The position numbers were made by a program, and so were the translations under genes. This document shows, piece after piece, positions 35,827 through 45,740 of a stretch of DNA of 64,000 nucleotides. The stretch spans positions 6,936 to 70,935 of the forward strand of contig CAYOUG010000004.1 in assembly GCA_964407105.1 (NCBI GenBank), read 5' to 3'. Under the pieces are notes generated by a model. It saw nothing but the letters and a program-made list of their open reading frames with translations. It was not told where the DNA came from and did no database searches. Each line of letters opens with the position of its first letter. Position 1 is the stretch's first letter. This stretch comes from an uncultured Candidatus Saccharibacteria bacterium (GTDB lineage: Bacteria; Patescibacteriota; Minisyncoccia; Phycocordibacterales; CALRHW01).

Positions 35827-37479
35827 TTATTTATCAAAATTACCACCAGATTGAAATCTTTTAAATGCAACGGTTGTGTCTCCGGCATTTGTCACCCTTG
35901 CTTTATCATGAAAATCAACATAAACCTGTTTTATATATGTTACTTCATCGATACTACCAGCTTCACGACCAAAACCAGAATCTTTTATACCACCAAAAGG
36001 TTTTCCTTCTTCTGCTCCGGTGGTTCCACGTCCAATATAAAACACACCAGTTTTTACACGTTCCATACATCGCATTGCAAGAGGAATATTATGCGTGAGA
36101 ATTGCATTACTCAAACCGTAACGAGATTTATGTACCATATCAAGAGCATTCATTAATGCCTTCTCATTTGTTTCACCATCAAATGACATCACTGAAATAA
36201 TAGGACCAAACACCTCATCAGACATGGTCGGACTATTAAATTTTGTCTCAGTAAGAATGGTTGGGGTACAATAATTACCATTTTTATTTTCTATTTTACC
36301 GCCACACAAAATTTTAGCGCCGGTTTTTACACTTTTATCTATTGCAGATTTTATATTTTTTAAAGAAGATTTATTTATGACCGGACCCATATCGGTTTTT
36401 TCTTCTGATGGATCTCCTACTGTATATTTTTGAGACTGATCCACCAATCGAGAAATAAAATTTTTATATATATTTTTGTGAACAAAAATAGCACGGAGAG
36501 CAACACATCTCTGTCCAGAATCACCAAATCCAGCAATTATTGATTCAGATACTGCTCTTTCGATATCAAAATCATCCATTAAAATAATTGATGCGTGTCC
36601 ACCAAGTTCAAGACTAACCGGTTTTATGCGGGCACCAGCTTTTTGTGCTATTAATGCTCCTGTAGCTCTAGACCCTGTAAACAAAATTTTGTCATAATCC
36701 CCCTTCTCAACAAGTATATTTCCAACGGTAGCACCGATACCGTGCACAACCTGAATAATATTTATAACTTCTTTTGCATGACCACCCAACACTTCTTCTA
36801 GAACTTTATGAAATAAGAAACAGAAAAAAGAAAGTGCAAGGGGTGTTTGTTCAGAATCCTTCAAAATAATTGCATTGCCACCAGCAAGCGCTGCAAACAT
36901 TTTGCGTGCTGGTAAAACCAAACTAGAATTCCATGGTGTTATTCCCAATATCACACCATAAGGTTCACGCGTTGAAATAGAACTCTTGTCTTTCATTTGA
37001 GAGCGAGAAAAAGAACCTTGTATACGAGAAATTTCTCCATGAAAATGCCACAAACTATTTAACATTCCTTGCACTTCTGCATCAGCAAATTTCCAAAGTC
37101 TACCACCCTCCTCCACTTGAATTTTTACAAAAGTGCCCCGATGTTCTTCAACAAGTTGAGCTGTTTTTTGAAAAATTTTTTCTTTTTCTTTTTGACTAAC
37201 CTGAAAATGCCAATATTCCTGAGCCTTACGTGCATCTTCACATAAAATTTTTATCTGTCTTTCTGAAAGATCTTTAATAAAATATATAGATTTTTGGTTT
37301 GCTGGATTGATTATTTCAAATTCACTAGCGCCACCACCGTTTTGCCAAGACCCAGCAAAAAAACTTTGAACATATTTTTTGTTATTTTCTTTTTTAATTG
37401 AAAAAATCTTCTTTTCTGCTTCTTTAATAAGTGTCATAAAATTCATATTACCACGCAGTCCAACCGCCATCGACAACAA
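35827..37479 (-). CDS. Aldehyde dehydrogenase family protein
   Basis: 550 aa. SLELGGHASIILMDDFD (ELGG(K/N)) and GQRCVA (catalytic Cys) motifs. The real start may be an internal Met, since the 5' end overlaps the SDR gene by 32 nt. Confidence 0.8.
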   Translation of the reverse strand: MLSMAVGLRGNMNFMTLIKEAEKKIFSIKKENNKKYVQSFFAGSWQNGGGASEFEIINPANQKSIYFIKDLSERQIKILCEDARKAQEYWHFQVSQKEKEKIFQKTAQLVEEHRGTFVKIQVEEGGRLWKFADAEVQGMLNSLWHFHGEISRIQGSFSRSQMKDKSSISTREPYGVILGITPWNSSLVLPARKMFAALAGGNAIILKDSEQTPLALSFFCFLFHKVLEEVLGGHAKEVINIIQVVHGIGATVGNILVEKGDYDKILFTGSRATGALIAQKAGARIKPVSLELGGHASIILMDDFDIERAVSESIIAGFGDSGQRCVALRAIFVHKNIYKNFISRLVDQSQKYTVGDPSEEKTDMGPVINKSSLKNIKSAIDKSVKTGAKILCGGKIENKNGNYCTPTILTETKFNSPTMSDEVFGPIISVMSFDGETNEKALMNALDMVHKSRYGLSNAILTHNIPLAMRCMERVKTGVFYIGRGTTGAEEGKPFGGIKDSGFGREAGSIDEVTYIKQVYVDFHDKARVTNAGDTTVAFKRFQSGGNFDK

Positions 37480-38254
37480 TATTAGAACCCGTCATATATG
37501 ATGATGCGTCAGAAACAAGAAAAAGTAATGCACCGTTAAACTCATTTCTTTTTGCCATTCTACCCATTGGCACAAGTGAATTATAATTTTTCAAAAACTC
37601 TTCATCTTGATTATTGAATACTCCACCTGGAGTAAGTGTATTAACACGAACATTTTTTTTTGCCCAATAGGTTGCAAGATATCTAGTTAAATTCAAAACG
37701 CCTGATTTAGAAACACTGTACGCTACCGGTTTCACAAAAGGTACCGCTGTTTTTGCTTTTCGATATTCATAAATAGATTGATTTGGCGAAACCAATCCAT
37801 AAGTCGAGCAAATATTTACAATACTTCCACCACCTTTTTCTGACATTTTTCCACCTATAACCTGACAACATAAAAAAGTTCCTGTTAGCGTTACATTCAT
37901 AACAGTATTCCAGGTTTTAATAGAATAATTTTCAAAAGATTGATTTTCTTTTGGATTTGCACCGGGAGGAGAATCTACTGCGGCATTATTTACAAGAATG
38001 TTAGGTGTACCCCAATTAATTTCAATTTCTTTTAGAGCTTTTTCTATTTGTTTTTTATTAGTAATATCTAGTGTAAACAATTTTATTGGATATTTTTTTG
38101 AAAGTTTTTTCAATTCTTCATTTAAGATTTTTGTAACATCAAAAATAGCAACTTTTGTTCCAGACAACACCAGAGTTTTTACATACTCAGTGCCAAGCTG
38201 GCCATTTCCACCAGTTACCACGGCGATCTTTCCTTTTATATTAAATTCTTCCAT
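37448..38254 (-). CDS. Short-chain dehydrogenase/reductase (SDR) family oxidoreductase
   Basis: 268 aa. KIAVVTGGNGQLGTEYVKTL (TGxxxGxG Rossmann motif), NNAAV, and S...Y..AK catalytic motif (YSVSKSG). Confidence 0.85.
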   Translation of the reverse strand: MEEFNIKGKIAVVTGGNGQLGTEYVKTLVLSGTKVAIFDVTKILNEELKKLSKKYPIKLFTLDITNKKQIEKALKEIEINWGTPNILVNNAAVDSPPGANPKENQSFENYSIKTWNTVMNVTLTGTFLCCQVIGGKMSEKGGGSIVNICSTYGLVSPNQSIYEYRKAKTAVPFVKPVAYSVSKSGVLNLTRYLATYWAKKNVRVNTLTPGGVFNNQDEEFLKNYNSLVPMGRMAKRNEFNGALLFLVSDASSYMTGSNIVVDGGWTAW

Positions 38255-38277
38255 TTTTAATTAATTTTTAATAAAAA

Positions 38278-39426
38278 TTAAATCGAAATATGTTCTTTTG
38301 TAATAACAGAATCTTCTGAAATATCTACTTTTGCTTTTTTCCCAACAATTAAAGACAGTTGGTATGGTTTAAGGCCGTGACCAGGACTTTTAAATACAAT
38401 CATGTTTGCGGTAATTTTTGTTCCGGCAACAATATGATGTTTTGCCACAAGACTTTTGCTATGTTTTTCGCGTGCTGGCTTTTCTTCTTCAAGAATTTCT
38501 TTTATATGAACATGACCAATAGCTTTTTCAATACGTCGGGTGTGTTCTATCATTGTCTTAAATTCTTCAACATCCAAACTTACTGTAGCATGATCTGGTC
38601 CAGGAAGAGTTTTATCTATAGTAATATGACGTTCAATACATCTTGCTCCAAGTGTAGCTGCTGCAACAGAAGGCTCAAAACCTTTTTCGTGACCAGAATA
38701 TCCAACGGGTAATGGTGCATATCGCTCCGCTAGCATCTGCATAGTGGACAAACTAATCTTGTCGTCTGGAGTTGGATATATAGACACACAGTGAAGAATA
38801 GAAAGTTTGTTTGTATATTTTAAAACCGTCGCAATAGCATTATCAAGTTCCTCTAGAGTTGCCATGCCAGTAGAAAGAATTATTGGTTTCTCTTTTTTTG
38901 CAACATACTCAATAAGTGGAATGTTTGTAACATCAAAGGATGCAATCTTATAAACATCAACGCCAACTTTATCAAGAAAATCTGCACTTTTTTTATCAAA
39001 AGGTGTTGCAAAAAAAGTTATCTTTTCTTTTTCTGCAACTTTTTTTAAATTTACAAAATCATCAAAACTAAGCTCGAGGTGTTGGCGATATTCTCCGTAT
39101 GTTTTACCCAGCTCCAAATCTTTCACTTGTGGCTTGTTTCTAAGTTCTTTTGCAAAAACCTCTTCAATGTGTCGCTTTTGAAATTTAACGGCATTTGCAC
39201 CAATACGAGCAGATTCTTCAATAAGTTTTTTGGCGAGAAAAAAATCTCCATTATGGTTGTTGCCTATTTCTGCAATAAAATATGTGGGGCAATTCTCTCC
39301 AATATATGTTGACTTTATTTTTATTCTATTCGGCAATGCTTCTATATATTTTATGAGATTAGAGAACGCGGTGCTGAATATGTTGGTCATAAAATGCTGA
39401 GAATTATTGAAATAATAAACAGCCAC
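38278..39426 (-). CDS. NeuB-family nonulosonic acid (sialic-acid-like) synthase with C-terminal SAF domain
   Basis: 382 aa. YFIAEIGNNHNGDFFLAKKLIEESARIGANAVKFQKR matches the NeuB/PseI/LegI signature (IAEiG.NHnGd...A..mi..A...GadavKfQ). C-terminal SAF/antifreeze-like domain present. Confidence 0.85.
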   Translation of the reverse strand: MAVYYFNNSQHFMTNIFSTAFSNLIKYIEALPNRIKIKSTYIGENCPTYFIAEIGNNHNGDFFLAKKLIEESARIGANAVKFQKRHIEEVFAKELRNKPQVKDLELGKTYGEYRQHLELSFDDFVNLKKVAEKEKITFFATPFDKKSADFLDKVGVDVYKIASFDVTNIPLIEYVAKKEKPIILSTGMATLEELDNAIATVLKYTNKLSILHCVSIYPTPDDKISLSTMQMLAERYAPLPVGYSGHEKGFEPSVAAATLGARCIERHITIDKTLPGPDHATVSLDVEEFKTMIEHTRRIEKAIGHVHIKEILEEEKPAREKHSKSLVAKHHIVAGTKITANMIVFKSPGHGLKPYQLSLIVGKKAKVDISEDSVITKEHISI

Positions 39427-39465
39427 AGTATATGCAAAAACGACTTTTTACGCAACACAAAACGA

Positions 39466-40242
39466 TTAAGGCAAATGCTTGGTTGCTTCCACGTTTACAC
39501 CGGTTGCAAGCCACCAAAAAGATGTGGTTATAAGCCATTCAAATGTTTTAGATAGAAAAACTGAAACATAAGGAAACCAACCATCAAAAGGTCTCGGTAG
39601 TAAACGAATATTATATGCAACAATACGAACATTGATAAAACCGTTTTTCTCTAAAAGTTTTTTATATCTACTTGGTATATATTCTCTATGAAAAATATTT
39701 TTTGTTTTCTTTCCATTCAACAAACGCACAAATTTTGCTATTGGGGTAAGTACGTGACGATCCCACAAACGCACCGGACTAAATCTATTTGGTAAAGAAA
39801 CAATGAGTTTACCACCATTTTTTAAAACTCGAGACATTTCACGAATAGCAATTTCATCATCATCAACATATTCAACAAGTCCCATAGCAACCACAACATC
39901 AAAAGATTCATTTTCACTTGCAATATGTTCTACTGTACCTACCTGAAAATGTACCCACGGTAATTCTTCTGTTCTTTTTTTTGCCTCTTCTATCATTGCC
40001 AAAGAAATGTCTATTCCAACATATTTCCAACCCAAATCGGTTATTTCTTTTGTCATCACTGCTGGACCACAACCAATATCAAGCACAGCACCATTGCCAC
40101 CTCCAAGAGATTTTAAAAGTTGCTCCTTACGAATACGAAATGAATAACCCTCTGGGGTTTCTTTTTTGTAATGTTCAGCATATTCGAAAGGATTCTTGCT
40201 AAAATATTCTGTTACGGTTGATTGGTTTTTAGATATATTCAT
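39466..40242 (-). CDS. Class I SAM-dependent methyltransferase
   Basis: 258 aa. GAVLDIGCGPAVMTKEITDLGWKYVGIDIS (motif I) and VLKNGGKLIVSLP (motif post-II/III). Confidence 0.8.
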   Translation of the reverse strand: MNISKNQSTVTEYFSKNPFEYAEHYKKETPEGYSFRIRKEQLLKSLGGGNGAVLDIGCGPAVMTKEITDLGWKYVGIDISLAMIEEAKKRTEELPWVHFQVGTVEHIASENESFDVVVAMGLVEYVDDDEIAIREMSRVLKNGGKLIVSLPNRFSPVRLWDRHVLTPIAKFVRLLNGKKTKNIFHREYIPSRYKKLLEKNGFINVRIVAYNIRLLPRPFDGWFPYVSVFLSKTFEWLITTSFWWLATGVNVEATKHLP

Positions 40243-41276
40243 ATAAAGTGTTCAAACATTGATTTTATACTAGGAACCACATTTGAAACAAGGGCTACAA
40301 AACGAGCATGACCATATTTTGTGTAATCAAGACTTATTCTGGGTAATGCATATTTTAAAGAATTAGAAGATACTCGACCAGAAAGAGTCGCCCAAACAAG
40401 GGGTATTTTTTGTTCATTAAATACCCGAACCGTGTCTTCATTCCAATCGTCTTCTTGTCCATTTGGATGAGCAAAGTGAACACACTGTCCTATTTGGTTT
40501 TTTATAACAGAAAAACTATTAGAAATTTCTTGTGTTTGTTCAAAATAAGACTGTTGAGAAAGTATTGGATGTGTCACGGTGTGGGCGCCAATGGTTACGT
40601 TATGGTTTTGCATTTCTTTCATATCATCCCAAGTAAGTGGAGAAAAGTCGGTATTTTGTGACGATTCAAAATCTAATAATATTTTTGTCTGCAAAAACAA
40701 AGTAGAAAGTATCTCTTCGCGTATAGATACAGAATATTTTTTTAAGCGTTGACGAATATCGTTGTCAGCAACTTTTTTTTCTTCAATAGAATGAAGGGGG
40801 TAAATTATTTTTTGTTTAGGAAAAACAACAGTAATAGATGGTTTTGTGGTTTTACTTATCATATACTCAAGTCTATCTGGCCACAAAAAAGATTTTTTAT
40901 CAACAAAATCTGTTGTCACAAAGATTGTCGCTGGCACATCATATTTCTTTAAAACAGGAAAAGCTGTTGTGTAATTATTTTTATAACCATCATCAAAAGT
41001 AATGGCACAAATGTTTTTTTTAGTGTAATCATTTTCCTGCACCATTTTTTCAACCACAGACAAAGGAACAATTTCAAAATGTTTTTTAAGCCACTTTATT
41101 TCCCGCTCAAATTCTGAGACAAAAACATGTTTACCACGATAATTTAAAATACCATCTTGAATATCTTTATTGGTGACGCCGTGATATAAAACAACAAGAG
41201 GTTTGTATCTAAAAAACCAACACCCAAGTCGTGCAATTAATGATATTGCAAAAAAATTCATCAAAATACGTTTCAT
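40239..41276 (-). CDS. Polysaccharide deacetylase (NodB-homology, CE4) family protein
   Basis: 345 aa. ICAITFDDGYKNNYTTAFPVLKKYDVPATIFVTTDFV (TFDDG motif 1) and HTVTHPIL (His motif). Confidence 0.8.
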   Translation of the reverse strand: MKRILMNFFAISLIARLGCWFFRYKPLVVLYHGVTNKDIQDGILNYRGKHVFVSEFEREIKWLKKHFEIVPLSVVEKMVQENDYTKKNICAITFDDGYKNNYTTAFPVLKKYDVPATIFVTTDFVDKKSFLWPDRLEYMISKTTKPSITVVFPKQKIIYPLHSIEEKKVADNDIRQRLKKYSVSIREEILSTLFLQTKILLDFESSQNTDFSPLTWDDMKEMQNHNVTIGAHTVTHPILSQQSYFEQTQEISNSFSVIKNQIGQCVHFAHPNGQEDDWNEDTVRVFNEQKIPLVWATLSGRVSSNSLKYALPRISLDYTKYGHARFVALVSNVVPSIKSMFEHFI

Positions 41277-41288
41277 GTTTTAATACAA

Positions 41289-42143
41289 TTATTTTACTCT
41301 TTCAAAAACACAATTAAATAAAGTTGTGCTTTTTCCTTTTCCAAGCGGGTGTTTATCAACCAAAACAAAACCTGCTTCTAACATTATTTTTTGAATAATA
41401 TCGCTGTGTGCCTTTTGTGTTGTATCAATTTCAACAATGACCGAACGAAGTTGTGGCTTTTTAAGTGTATTACGAGCGCCTTCAAGTACCCCCAATTCCA
41501 CACCATCAACATCAATCTTTATTAAATTTGGTATTGGAATATTAAAAGTATTTATAAAATTATCCAAACTATAAGCTAATACTGGCTGAATATTTGTGTT
41601 TGAAATATCAAAATGATCAAAAAGCATGTGTTGTGCAGAACCAGCACCCATATCTGAATAATTAAATCCAGATATTTGTGTAACACCTGACAGTGCCACA
41701 CATAGGGGCACAATTTTTTGAGATAAATTATTGAGAATAATATTTTGACTTAATGAAACAAAAGTAAAAAAATTAGGCTCAAATGCGTAAACAATGCACT
41801 GTGTGTCTGCTTTGGCACTAGCAATAAAAGAATAAGCTCCAATATTTGCACCGATATCATAAAAAACATCTCCGGATTTTAAGTTTTCTTCAATCCACTG
41901 AACAGTTTTTGGTTCTTTTGTGCACGGTGTTAATCTGGCAATTTCTGTAAAAGAATTCAAAACAATCGGAATTTCTTTTTTAGAATAATCAAGAACACCT
42001 TTTGTTCCACCATATTCTTTTTTTGCAATTCTGATGACATCAAAAACACCGACACGCCCAACATCACGAAAACTATATGTTTTTATGTATCTAAAAGTGT
42101 TCCATAAAAAACTAGGAATAATGTGTTTAAAAAAAATTTTCAT
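41289..42143 (-). CDS. FkbM-family methyltransferase
   Basis: 284 aa. DIGANIGAYSFIASA...VYAFEPNFFTFVSL matches the FkbM domain (DiGAN.G.y......VyAFEP). Confidence 0.7.
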   Translation of the reverse strand: MKIFFKHIIPSFLWNTFRYIKTYSFRDVGRVGVFDVIRIAKKEYGGTKGVLDYSKKEIPIVLNSFTEIARLTPCTKEPKTVQWIEENLKSGDVFYDIGANIGAYSFIASAKADTQCIVYAFEPNFFTFVSLSQNIILNNLSQKIVPLCVALSGVTQISGFNYSDMGAGSAQHMLFDHFDISNTNIQPVLAYSLDNFINTFNIPIPNLIKIDVDGVELGVLEGARNTLKKPQLRSVIVEIDTTQKAHSDIIQKIMLEAGFVLVDKHPLGKGKSTTLFNCVFERVK

Positions 42144-42145
42144 AA

Positions 42146-42880
42146 TTATTTTGCACCCTCATTTCTTTTGTTAATCAAAATTTCTGCAAGCAAAAAATCT
42201 TCTAATGAGTCAATGTCTATAGACTCATTTTTTGGAACAATATGATATAAAACACGCTTCCCCGCCATTTCTTTTTTTTCTATAAGAGTGTTCCAACGAA
42301 GTGCTATTACATCTACGTGCTGATAGGCCTCAGGAAAAGATTGTCTTGGCATATTGTGCGCATCTTTCAAACCAGTAAATTTTTCTGATAAAAATGGAAC
42401 GATTGTATTATTTTCAATTTTCCACAATTTATAGGGGTGTTTTGAAGCTTTTATGATTGTTCTAGAAGAATCAGCACTTTCATCATTCATTAATAGTTCA
42501 ACACATGCGTCTATGTGTTCTGTTGTGCATAGTGGTGATGTGGGAGGCAAACGAAGTATGATATCTGCTTTAAAATTTTCATTTTCTTTCATCCGCATTG
42601 CGGCATGAAAAAGAAAATCAAAATCTGGAACAGAATCAAGAGCAAGCTCTGGTGGTCGAATAAAAGGTGCTTCTGCTCCATACTGTTTAGCAATATTTGC
42701 ATACTCTTCAGAATCAGTAGAAACAATAAGTTTATTAATATATTTAGATTTTAGACCAGCTTCAATAATCCAAGCCATGAGTGGTTTACCAGCAAAAAGT
42801 TTTATATTTTTATTCGGAATACCTTTTGAGCCAGATCTCGCTCCAACAACACCAAGTACATTATATTTCTTATTAGCCAT
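42146..42880 (-). CDS. Acylneuraminate cytidylyltransferase family (CMP-nonulosonic acid synthetase, NeuA/PseF/LegF-like)
   Basis: 244 aa. VLGVVGARSGSKGIPNKNIKLFAGKPLMAWIIEAGLKS matches the CTP_transf_3 N-terminal signature (iiPAR.gSkgipnKnl..l.gkPli.wti). Confidence 0.85.
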   Translation of the reverse strand: MANKKYNVLGVVGARSGSKGIPNKNIKLFAGKPLMAWIIEAGLKSKYINKLIVSTDSEEYANIAKQYGAEAPFIRPPELALDSVPDFDFLFHAAMRMKENENFKADIILRLPPTSPLCTTEHIDACVELLMNDESADSSRTIIKASKHPYKLWKIENNTIVPFLSEKFTGLKDAHNMPRQSFPEAYQHVDVIALRWNTLIEKKEMAGKRVLYHIVPKNESIDIDSLEDFLLAEILINKRNEGAK

Positions 42881-42889
42881 AAATTATTT

Positions 42890-44275
42890 CTAATCTTTAA
42901 GTGCGGACATCACAGCCAACGCAACGCGTTGTGCAGATTTTCCATCAAGTTTATATAGAAGTTTTTGTTGAAGCTCTTTTCGACCCAAAGTATCTTGAGA
43001 AGAATTTTTCAAATACAAATTAATATAAGAAACGAGTTCTTCTGGACTTTTTGCAATACGCACGCCTCCAGTTTTTATCACATTTGTATAATGATCTCTA
43101 TCATAATTTCTAATCATTGATCTCCAATAATCAAGTTTTTGAAAACCATCAAATCCCACCAAAACCACAGGCTTATCTAGTGCCGCAGCATCAAGGGTCA
43201 TTGTTGACTCTGTGTTTACGGTCACATCGCTATGTTTTATTGAATTTGCAAGATGAATAAGATCTTTATTTGTAAATGTCCACTGAAGAGCAACAGATGC
43301 AGAGGTGTCAATTGATCTCTCAGTATTAACACCGAAATATTTACCCGGACGATCCATAATAAAATGGTTCAGATTTTTTAAACCCTCACCCGTTGCTGGA
43401 TATTTGGGATGAAAACGCGCAAGCACCTGAACGGGTTCGTCAAATTTTCCTTGCTCAATAGCATTATTAAGACCAATCATCACCTCATGAGTATAAGGAT
43501 TTTTCCAATCACCCGGCACAGCAAATAAAATCAATTTTTTATTTATATCTGCACCAATTTCTTTGAAAAATTCTTCTCTAGAAACATAAATAGATTGATC
43601 TATATAAGCATCAAATTGGGGAAAGCCACAAATTATTATTTTGTTTGCATTATAATCTCCTATATCTATAGCCTCTTCTTTGTTGTATTCATTAAAAACA
43701 ATAAGTTTGTCGGCTTTTACTCGAGTAAAAGCTTTTGTTGTAAGCACATCCCAACTTTTTACAGTAGTGATAGTTTTTACACCGTGTTTTTTTGCGTATC
43801 GTACAAGTCTAAAATCTTCCGCTGAAAACATACTTGGCGAAAACAGTACGTCTGGATTATATTTTTTAAAAATATCGCCAGCATAATTGTCTGGTAAAAA
43901 ATAGTATGTTGCACGTATAAACTCACGCCACATACGAAATTTTCCCAAAAAACCACAAATTCGCTCTATTGCATAACGAATTTTCTTTTTATGCACCAAA
44001 TACATATCATGTCGACGTAAAAACACAGAGTATGTTGGAATGCTATTCCATCCCAAATGATGGAATATGCGCTCAGCTTTTGTAAGTGCGTATGGCAACA
44101 ACTCTATATAGACATTTTTATCTCCAAAATTTTCCTTATAATATTCAATTCTATCTTTTGAGCGCACGAGTAAAACAAGGGTGTGACCAGCATTTTTTAA
44201 TATAGGAAAAACGTTAGTGCGTAAAATATTTTTTTCCGTATCGCCATCGTAAAGAGATATGAAAATTGTGCTCAT
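42890..44275 (-). CDS. Hypothetical protein, possibly a GT-B-like (TagF/capsule-type) transferase
   Basis: 461 aa, soluble. Weak resemblance of the C-terminal half (ILFAVPGDW...; SDVTVNTESTMTLDAAALDKPVVLV) to glycerophosphotransferase/capsule-biosynthesis GT-B enzymes. Assignment is tentative. Confidence 0.35.
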   Translation of the reverse strand: MSTIFISLYDGDTEKNILRTNVFPILKNAGHTLVLLVRSKDRIEYYKENFGDKNVYIELLPYALTKAERIFHHLGWNSIPTYSVFLRRHDMYLVHKKKIRYAIERICGFLGKFRMWREFIRATYYFLPDNYAGDIFKKYNPDVLFSPSMFSAEDFRLVRYAKKHGVKTITTVKSWDVLTTKAFTRVKADKLIVFNEYNKEEAIDIGDYNANKIIICGFPQFDAYIDQSIYVSREEFFKEIGADINKKLILFAVPGDWKNPYTHEVMIGLNNAIEQGKFDEPVQVLARFHPKYPATGEGLKNLNHFIMDRPGKYFGVNTERSIDTSASVALQWTFTNKDLIHLANSIKHSDVTVNTESTMTLDAAALDKPVVLVGFDGFQKLDYWRSMIRNYDRDHYTNVIKTGGVRIAKSPEELVSYINLYLKNSSQDTLGRKELQQKLLYKLDGKSAQRVALAVMSALKD

Positions 44276-44315
44276 AATCGTTGTAGAAACATTAAACTAG
44301 TATATTATACATAGT

Positions 44316-45740
44316 GTGATTTCAGAAACAAATGCGTGGCTACGACGACATAAAATAGGTGTTGCTATCTTTTTTTTCGCACTGGCCATACGTCTATTTT
44401 TCATTTTATCAGCACCGCCAGAAAAAATTACTACTTTTGCTTTGGGTGCAGATGGTTCAGACTACGCAAACGAAGCTCTAAATATCGTAAATGGACACGG
44501 TTTTAGTAGAAATATTCAGACTCCGTTTTTGCCAGACATGATCCGTACACCCATTTACCCCCTCGTTCTGGCCTTAGTTTATGTGTTATTTAATAGTTTT
44601 TATCCAATACTTTTTTTACAAGCATTATTATCTTCGTGTATTCCGCTTATAGGAATGTCACTTATGAGACTTTTTAGTGATAAAAAAAGTAGTGTACTTG
44701 TGGCTGGTTTAGCTCTTGCAATAGAACCCCACATGGTTTTTTACACGATATTTTTTACATCAGAAACAATATTTGTTCCTTTGTTTTGTATTTTTATTTA
44801 TACGTTTGTTAAATGGATGATAAATCAAAAAATCTCTTATCTAGCTATCGCAAGTATAACGCTTGGCGTCGCAACCCTCACTCGTCCAATTTCTATACTT
44901 ATACCAATACTTTGTATTGGATGTGCTCTCATTTTGTATCAAACACACAAAAACAAAAATATCCTTGTTCACATTGGTATATTTATTTTAATATTTATTG
45001 CCACACTTTCTCCATGGATGATACGAAACAAAATCCAATTTAATACTTTTTCAATTTCAACGGTTGGTTGGTTTAATGTTTATACTCGTTTTACTACAGA
45101 CATAATGGCTACCCACAATAAAACAGATTTTTACACCTCATATCAACGCAATTTAGATATTCTATCCATAAAAGGATACGTAAAACATCCCCCACCCGTA
45201 AGTGAGCTAGAAATACAAAAAGCAGAATTTATGCCGATTTTGAAAAAAGAATCTATTGAAATTATTCAAAGATATCCAAAAGATTTTTTAATTGTATCTA
45301 CCCTTGCTGCACTTTCTGTTTTAACTCAAGACAACACCCTAAACATTCTTGAAACAAATTGGGAAATAAAAAGCAAACGACCCTCACTCTCACCAACACT
45401 TTATTTTGCGCAAAATGGTTTTAAAAAAACATTTTCCTATCTATTACCTTACATACATGGGACATATATAATTCCTTATATAGGAAGAGCCTTGTGGACA
45501 CTCGTATTTATAATGACTATTTACGGATTTTTTGTAATACAACAACATAATAAAGAAAAAAAAATACTCGCAACGTTCTTGTGTTCGATCATTATATACT
45601 TTATTATTTTTACTATTAACGCCAGCCCGCAAATAGATGGTCGTTATAGAACACAGTTTTTTATTTGTGAGCTTGTACTATGTTTGGTGGCTTTTGAACA
45701 TTTAATACAATATACAAAAAAACAAAAGAAAATTTCATGA
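44316..45740 (+). CDS. GT-C superfamily membrane glycosyltransferase (PMT_2/ArnT-like, GT39/GT83-type), paralog of 49336-50745
   Basis: 474 aa, about 11 TM. N-terminal region ...GADGSDYANEALNIVNGHGFS...TPFLPDMIRTPIYPLVLALVY is typical of dolichyl/undecaprenyl-phosphate-sugar dependent GT-C enzymes. Shares the F(L/I)PD..(R/N)TP.YP..LA motif with 49336-50745. Confidence 0.6.
   Translation: MISETNAWLRRHKIGVAIFFFALAIRLFFILSAPPEKITTFALGADGSDYANEALNIVNGHGFSRNIQTPFLPDMIRTPIYPLVLALVYVLFNSFYPILFLQALLSSCIPLIGMSLMRLFSDKKSSVLVAGLALAIEPHMVFYTIFFTSETIFVPLFCIFIYTFVKWMINQKISYLAIASITLGVATLTRPISILIPILCIGCALILYQTHKNKNILVHIGIFILIFIATLSPWMIRNKIQFNTFSISTVGWFNVYTRFTTDIMATHNKTDFYTSYQRNLDILSIKGYVKHPPPVSELEIQKAEFMPILKKESIEIIQRYPKDFLIVSTLAALSVLTQDNTLNILETNWEIKSKRPSLSPTLYFAQNGFKKTFSYLLPYIHGTYIIPYIGRALWTLVFIMTIYGFFVIQQHNKEKKILATFLCSIIIYFIIFTINASPQIDGRYRTQFFICELVLCLVAFEHLIQYTKKQKKIS

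Noticed and set aside
42890-44275. Assigning the 461-aa protein as NeuC (UDP-GlcNAc 2-epimerase) to complete a Neu5Ac pathway
   Set aside because: No Epimerase_2 hallmark motifs were recognisable and the size is larger than NeuC. Left as a tentative GT-B-like transferase.
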